64,000 bases of DNA. Source: Marinicella sp. GTDB lineage: Bacteria > Pseudomonadota > Gammaproteobacteria > Xanthomonadales > Marinicellaceae. The notes under the pieces were generated by a model. That model was not told the origin of the DNA and made no database searches. It worked only from the letters and a program-made list of their open reading frames with translations. Where the stretch lies: positions 2,080,001-2,144,000 of the forward strand of contig OZ246001.1 in NCBI GenBank assembly GCA_965230295.1. The letters are read 5' to 3'. The translations under genes and the position numbers were made by a program. Each line of letters opens with the position of its first letter. Position 1 is the first letter of the stretch. Of this stretch, positions 58,713 to 64,000 are shown piece by piece.

Positions 58713-59144
58713 TCAAAATGGTTTGGCTAAGACCAAGTAAATCACCACCAACAAAATGACCGCAGGGACTTCGTTGAAAACCCGAAACCATACATGGGAG
58801 CGGTGTTCTGTCTGGCCTTTGAAATTGTGGTGGATTTTGATGCACCAAAAGTGATAAAAAACCAACAGCCCCACCAAGGCCATTTTTGCCACAAACCAAC
58901 CTTGTTGGATGTAGACTTTCCACTGATCCTGGGCAATGACGTAGACCAAGGCTACAGCCGATATGACAGTGCCCCAAAAAGTAAAGCGCATCATTTTGAT
59001 CAGGCGGTTCTCCATACCAGTTAACAAGTCCAGTTCTTTGCTGTCTTCAACCATGGCATGGTTGACAAACAACCGTGGTAGATAAAACAAACAAGCAAAC
59101 CAACTGACCACAAAAAACACATGGAAAGATTTGATCCAAAGCAT
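58713..59144 (-). CDS. hemJ: Protoporphyrinogen oxidase HemJ
   Basis: WIKSFH....SWFA.LFYLPRLFV.H, ME.RL, FR.FNE.P, KPF. Confidence 0.9.
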   Translation of the reverse strand: MLWIKSFHVFFVVSWFACLFYLPRLFVNHAMVEDSKELDLLTGMENRLIKMMRFTFWGTVISAVALVYVIAQDQWKVYIQQGWFVAKMALVGLLVFYHFWCIKIHHNFKGQTEHRSHVWFRVFNEVPAVILLVVIYLVLAKPF

Positions 59145-59279
59145 TTAGTTTTCCTCGCTTTACATACACATTAAATATTGCCAGATTTTGGTTGAAAGCA
59201 ATCGCCTTTCAGTCGTGCTTAACCAGAACCTACAGCGCCAGTGGTATAATGCCGCTTTTTTTAAAAAACAACAAGTGGC

Positions 59280-60041
59280 GTGGACATCAAAACTCCGAAA
59301 TATGTGATCAGGCAAGTGGATGAAAAACCCTCGTTCATCAGACAACACTGGGTGATTTTTTCCCTGATTGGTTTGGCAATCCTGACATTTTTAGTCGGGA
59401 GGTACAGCAATTTGGATGTGTTGAATGCCTTCAAAGGACAAAAACAAACCTGGAGTGAAATTAACCAGCAATTAAGTGATGAAAATGAAATCAGTAAAAA
59501 GTCCATCAGTTTGCTGAGCACAGAAGTCAAAGTCAAAGAGCAGGCCATCATCGAACTACAAAAAAACATCACTTCATTGTCGCAAGAGAATTCAAGCCTG
59601 AAAGCAGAGTTGGCATTTTATGCCAATTTACTGAGCCACAAAGATGACATAAAAAAACTGCGCGTGTTTGAAATTTCAGCAGCAACCATAAAGGGCATGG
59701 TGGAGTTGAAATTGGTGCTGGCCCAAAAGCTTGAAAAGGCACGGCTGGTATCAGGTGAATTGCAATTGAAGCTGAAAGGCATCAAAGACAACCAAGGTGA
59801 AACCATTGATTTGATTGAACAATTTGAATTAGACAACAATTTTGAATTCAAATATTTTGAAATCATTAAGTTCACAATCAGTTTACCCAAAGGTTTTAAT
59901 CCAACCACGCTTTTAGTAGAATTGAAAAGCAGTAATAAGAAAGAAAAGGTGGTTTCAGAATCATTCCAATGGTCTGAAATCATGGACAATTCATTATCAG
60001 AGAACACAATTGGTGACGCTGAACCTCCCAATGGGGGTTGA
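59280..60041 (+). CDS. DUF6776-like membrane-anchored coiled-coil protein
   Basis: N-terminal TM, coiled coil, LAFY, F.F.YF; typical position upstream of bactofilin. Confidence 0.75.
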   Translation: MDIKTPKYVIRQVDEKPSFIRQHWVIFSLIGLAILTFLVGRYSNLDVLNAFKGQKQTWSEINQQLSDENEISKKSISLLSTEVKVKEQAIIELQKNITSLSQENSSLKAELAFYANLLSHKDDIKKLRVFEISAATIKGMVELKLVLAQKLEKARLVSGELQLKLKGIKDNQGETIDLIEQFELDNNFEFKYFEIIKFTISLPKGFNPTTLLVELKSSNKKEKVVSESFQWSEIMDNSLSENTIGDAEPPNGG

Positions 60042-60117
60042 GTGGTCGCTGTAATTTATTGAGAACGGTCAATCAGCACCAATACAAAGGCAATGGCCCA
60101 TAGAAATTGGAGTAAAC

Positions 60118-60552
60118 ATGTTCAGTTCAAAAAACGACAAAGACAAAGAAAACATTATGGCTAACAACAATCAAACGCAAAATTTAGACACCTTTACCGG
60201 TCAAAACACCGCCATCAAAGGTGATGTCTCTTTCTCAGGGTTGATGCACATCGATGGCAGTGTAGAAGGGTCCATCGTATCAACAACTGAAAACGACACT
60301 TTGATCATCAGCGAAACCGGCAAAATCAGCGGTACAGTCAAATCAGGTAACCTGGTAATCAACGGTATCGTTGAGGGTGATATTACAGCCTCAGGCAAAA
60401 TAGAAGTGGCATCCAAGGCACGTGTGAATGGCAACATTTATTATGTGAATATTGAGATGGAAGCGGGTTCTCAAGTCAATGGCAAATTGATTTACCAAGG
60501 CGGTGAAGTCACACCGATGATCAATAAGAAAGCTGAGAAAGATGGCAAGTAA
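60118..60552 (+). CDS. Bactofilin (polymer-forming cytoskeletal protein)
   Basis: IKGDV.F.G.MHIDG.VEG.I beta-helix repeats. Confidence 0.92.
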   Translation: MFSSKNDKDKENIMANNNQTQNLDTFTGQNTAIKGDVSFSGLMHIDGSVEGSIVSTTENDTLIISETGKISGTVKSGNLVINGIVEGDITASGKIEVASKARVNGNIYYVNIEMEAGSQVNGKLIYQGGEVTPMINKKAEKDGK

Positions 60553-60877
60553 CCAAGTTCAACTGTCAGCTTCTGCCGCAGGTAAAATCCAACAATTGGT
60601 GTTGGAAGAAATGAATCCTGATTTGAAATTCAGGGTCTATATCATTGGCGGCGGGTGTTCAGGTTTTCAATATGGCTTTGCTTTTGAAGAAGAGCAGACC
60701 GAGGGCGACATGATCATGGAAGACCATGGGGTCTCTATGATGATTGACCCAATGAGTTTTCCATATCTGATTGGCTCGACGGTAGACTATCTTGAGGACC
60801 TTCAGGGGTCTCGTTTTGTGGTCAGTAACCCCAATGCCAAATCTACCTGTGGTTGTGGCAGTTCTTTTGCCATATGA
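60542..60877 (+). CDS. erpA: Fe-S cluster insertion protein ErpA
   Basis: [33 protein letters not shown]. Confidence 0.93.
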   Translation: MASNQVQLSASAAGKIQQLVLEEMNPDLKFRVYIIGGGCSGFQYGFAFEEEQTEGDMIMEDHGVSMMIDPMSFPYLIGSTVDYLEDLQGSRFVVSNPNAKSTCGCGSSFAI

Positions 60878-61758
60878 GCCCTGACCAAATTTATTTCATC
60901 AGAACTGAGTTGGATCGATGTGCCAACATGCGTGAACAAAAACAGCGCATCAAGCAATTGAAAAAATTCAAAACTTGCCATTATGTCCCGGTTTACCGAG
61001 GTAACCACATATATCCCGACTCAGATGACGCTTTTTATATTTCAGAAGCACCGTTGGGTGCTGAAAAAATGCAAAGCTTTTTGGGGATCTTGAATGATGA
61101 GTTGTGGTTCAGTTGTGGCTTGACCGAAAAAGAGGCCCTTGCCCTTGAAACCCAGCTGGATTGTCAGTTTGAGTCGATCAGGCAGTATGCCATGGCCTTG
61201 GCCGATGATTTGGCTCACATCGCACTGTATTCCAGGGGGTTGGATTTGTGGCAACGCAAGAATAATTTTTGCCCCATTTGTGGCACCTCCAACCATTTAG
61301 AAAGCTCCGGGCATAAGATGGTCTGTGAAAATGGCCATGAGCATTTCCCTCACATTGAGCCTGCTGTGATTGTGCTGGTCTCCAAAGGTGATCAATGCCT
61401 GTTGGGGCGCAAGCATTCCTGGCCACCCAACGTGTATTCGACTTTGGCCGGTTTTGTGGAGGCTGGCGAATCGATTGAGGATGCGGTGCACCGTGAAATC
61501 TATGAAGAATCCAACGTCAGAATCAAAAACGTGACTTACTTTGGGTCACAACCCTGGCCATTCCCGTCTTCATTGATGCTGGCTTTCAACGCCGAGGCTG
61601 TTTCTGATGACATTCGCCTGGATGATGAGATGGAAGACGTGCGTTGGTTCAACAAACAAGACCTGCTGAAATGGGCCAAAGAAGGCTCAATCATCCTGTC
61701 ACCGAGGTTCACCGTCGCCAACAATCTGATCAGTAACTTCTTAGGCAAGAGGATATAA
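60874..61758 (+). CDS. nudC: NAD(H) pyrophosphatase NudC
   Basis: FCPICG, Nudix box [28 protein letters not shown]; ATGA overlap with erpA. Confidence 0.93.
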   Translation: MSPDQIYFIRTELDRCANMREQKQRIKQLKKFKTCHYVPVYRGNHIYPDSDDAFYISEAPLGAEKMQSFLGILNDELWFSCGLTEKEALALETQLDCQFESIRQYAMALADDLAHIALYSRGLDLWQRKNNFCPICGTSNHLESSGHKMVCENGHEHFPHIEPAVIVLVSKGDQCLLGRKHSWPPNVYSTLAGFVEAGESIEDAVHREIYEESNVRIKNVTYFGSQPWPFPSSLMLAFNAEAVSDDIRLDDEMEDVRWFNKQDLLKWAKEGSIILSPRFTVANNLISNFLGKRI

Positions 61759-61797
61759 GTTTGTTTTTACAAGCTTTGATCAAGCCTGGAGATCCCG

Positions 61798-62613
61798 TTG
61801 CCTGAACTGCCAGAAGTCGAAACCACCCTGCGTGGTATCCAACCCCATGTGGTAGATCAAAAGATTGGCGCTGTCAATGTCTATAACCCTTCGCTCAGGT
61901 GGCCCATCCCAACTGAAGTCAATGAGCTGACTGGGCACACCATCCGTAATGCCTATCGCCGCGCAAAATATTTAATTCTTGAACTCTCAAACCAGCAACA
62001 TTTGCTGCTGCATTTAGGCATGTCAGGTGTTATCAGGGTGGTCCCGGCTGATACCGAGTTGGAAAAACATGATCACTTTGAAATGGTGATGGCTGACGGC
62101 CTGGCCATGCGATTGAATGATCCCAGAAGATTTGGTTGTGTGTTACTGACCGGTGAAGACCCAAGTCAACATAAATTATTGAATCAGTTAGGGCCCGAGC
62201 CTTTGACTGATGATTTCGATGGCCAGTGGTTGAAAAAAATATCAGCCAACAAGCAAATCGCTGTCAAAAATTTCATCATGAACAACCAGGTCGTGGTGGG
62301 TGTGGGCAATATATATGCCGCCGAATCGCTGTTTTTATCAGGCATCCACCCCAAACGGCCAGCCAAAAACATTTCCTTAGATCGCTATCAAAGATTGGCT
62401 AAGCACATCAAAAGCGTCCTCAAGAACGCCATCATGGCTGGCGGCACCACTTTGAATGATTTCAGAAACACCGAAGGCAAACCTGGTTATTTCAAGCAAG
62501 AGTTGTTTGTTTATGGTAGGGCGGGCCAGCCATGTATGCATTGTGGTACCACCATAAAAAACTTGGTTATTGGCCAAAGAGCCAGTTGTTTTTGCCCAAA
62601 GTGCCAAAAATAG
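61798..62613 (+). CDS. mutM: Formamidopyrimidine-DNA glycosylase
   Basis: PELPEVET, HLGMSG, GVGNIYA.E, C-terminal zinc finger CMHC...CPKCQ. Confidence 0.97.
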   Translation: MPELPEVETTLRGIQPHVVDQKIGAVNVYNPSLRWPIPTEVNELTGHTIRNAYRRAKYLILELSNQQHLLLHLGMSGVIRVVPADTELEKHDHFEMVMADGLAMRLNDPRRFGCVLLTGEDPSQHKLLNQLGPEPLTDDFDGQWLKKISANKQIAVKNFIMNNQVVVGVGNIYAAESLFLSGIHPKRPAKNISLDRYQRLAKHIKSVLKNAIMAGGTTLNDFRNTEGKPGYFKQELFVYGRAGQPCMHCGTTIKNLVIGQRASCFCPKCQK

Positions 62614-62818
62614 TCATTTTTCTATGGATCAAATGATGGCTGAAAATTAAGAAGCCTTGTTTCACTGGGGTTAGACGGCCTTTCTTGAATTGCATCATGT
62701 AATTAGTTACTATCTTTAAGATGTACGGGTGTGTATTAAGTAGTTTTCCAAAGCCTACTTTCATTGTTGTCTCAGACATGAGTGGAACGGACTGGCGTGC
62801 GGCCAGTGTTGGGTTCGC

Positions 62819-64000
62819 ATGGAGTCGAGGTTGAAGGCCTTTGCCAAATGGGCAGCCATCAACCTGACAGTTGGTGTATTTTATGCGTTGTGTTGCTACT
62901 TGGCACACCGTTATATGGTTCGCCCTTCCTTGTCAGTCACCATTTGGCCATCTGCGGGGATTGGTGTCGGTCTAGTCATGGTTTTGGGCAAGCGAATCAT
63001 TCCTGCCATTGCCATTGGTGAATTGATCAACAGTGTGGTTTTGTATCGAGTCCATATTGATTTTGCCTGGGATCGCATGGCCGTATATGATGCATTGTTG
63101 TACCTGACCAATGTATCTAGACCCGTTTTTGCTGCCTATTTGGCTCGCTATGTGGTGGGTTCCCAACCACAACTCATTCAATTCAAAAACATCATTAAGT
63201 TTTTCACTTTTGCAGCGGTGCTGCCATGTTTGCTGACCACCACCTTATTTACCGTTTTGTTGACAGGAGCCGGGCATTATACGGCCGAAGATTTCTTAAC
63301 CAAAGGCTTATTGTGGTATATGGGTGACCTGATGAGTGTGATGATATATACCCCAGTGGTGATGTCCATACTGGCAGAGCCACGTAAGGTATGGCGGCCT
63401 CGCATTTTCAGCGTATCGCTGCCCATCATGGCTGCATTTTTATTGGTTTTTATATTGTTTAATTCCTTCAAGTCATATGAAGAAAGGCGGATCAATGAAA
63501 TCATCAACACCCACCTTGACTATCTAGTACAAACCACCCTACAGCAAGATTTTGATGTGCCTCAGTTGATTGGTTTTTTACAAGCCAATGCAGAAAGGTT
63601 GAAGTTGAATCGATATAAGACTGAGCTAGATAAAAGCACTGATTCGGGCTATGAATCGATTTATCGAAATACCGATGTGTTGACTTCAAGGTATCAGAAT
63701 CACATCATTTCAAGGGAGCTCGAGGTCAATAATCAGTTGCACAAACTCACCATCACTCCCACCAATGCCTATTTTGCTGAAGAATCTTCCTGGAGTTTGT
63801 GGCTCACTTTATTCATCGCCCTCAACTTCACCGGGTTTGTTGGTGTTGGGATGTTGGTGTTGACGGGTAGACATGTTTTGACAGCCAAAGAAGTCGACAG
63901 AAGAACCATCCAGCTAAAATTACTCAACCAACAATTGCATGAAAGTAATCAAAATTATAAGCGAATCATTGAAAAGCAGCCGGTAATATTTTGGAAAGTG
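62819..64000 (+). CDS. MASE1-domain sensor (kinase or cyclase), truncated by the window end
   Basis: Translated by hand (not in the ORF track): MESRLKAFAKW..., IWPSAG, WYMGDL....TP, last TM, coiled coil, then PAS-like start YKRIIEKQPVIFW. Confidence 0.8.
   Translation, partial: MESRLKAFAKWAAINLTVGVFYALCCYLAHRYMVRPSLSVTIWPSAGIGVGLVMVLGKRIIPAIAIGELINSVVLYRVHIDFAWDRMAVYDALLYLTNVSRPVFAAYLARYVVGSQPQLIQFKNIIKFFTFAAVLPCLLTTTLFTVLLTGAGHYTAEDFLTKGLLWYMGDLMSVMIYTPVVMSILAEPRKVWRPRIFSVSLPIMAAFLLVFILFNSFKSYEERRINEIINTHLDYLVQTTLQQDFDVPQLIGFLQANAERLKLNRYKTELDKSTDSGYESIYRNTDVLTSRYQNHIISRELEVNNQLHKLTITPTNAYFAEESSWSLWLTLFIALNFTGFVGVGMLVLTGRHVLTAKEVDRRTIQLKLLNQQLHESNQNYKRIIEKQPVIFWKV

Noticed and set aside
62778-63021. 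ATG 62778 and ORF 62782-63021 as the start of the last gene
   Set aside because: The 62778 frame stops after 18 codons; the MASE1 motifs are in the frame starting at 62819.
1-64000. Many short antisense or overlapping ORFs in the six-frame track; tRNA/rRNA genes
   Set aside because: The short ORFs are shadows of well-supported genes. No tRNA cloverleaf or rRNA signature was recognised by eye.

Overview
Gene-dense chromosomal window from a probably marine gammaproteobacterium. The C-terminal '-IFxDGFE' protein motif suggests a Marinicella/Xanthomonadales-like lineage, but that is inference only. Positions ~1-53 kb are an accessory 'stress/detox/secreted hydrolase' landscape: umuDC, a pepsin-like protease, an arsR-arsC-acr3-arsH operon, SoxR with a perfect operator, many GNAT/VOC/HxlR genes, a GH18, a CSLREA protein, a TonB receptor and cidA/lrgB. 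Positions ~53-64 kb are core genes: pgpA, thiL, nusB, glyA, hemJ, bactofilin, erpA, nudC, mutM and a truncated MASE1 sensor. No rRNA, tRNA, CRISPR array, integrase or transposase was seen. The strongest unexplained signals are non-coding. (i) A modular hairpin-rich element is present in an expanded form (5010-5462) and a compact form (33813-33961), and its 25-bp end recurs five times. (ii) A decayed integron-cassette array with attC sites but no integrase lies at 19.4-21.1 kb, with a remnant at 1.2-1.6 kb. (iii) Several REP-like palindrome families occur, and five copies carry an exactly 24-nt nested insert. Also notable: thiL appears to start at a non-canonical ATC codon, and the nrdR-rib block is missing between glyA and nusB.
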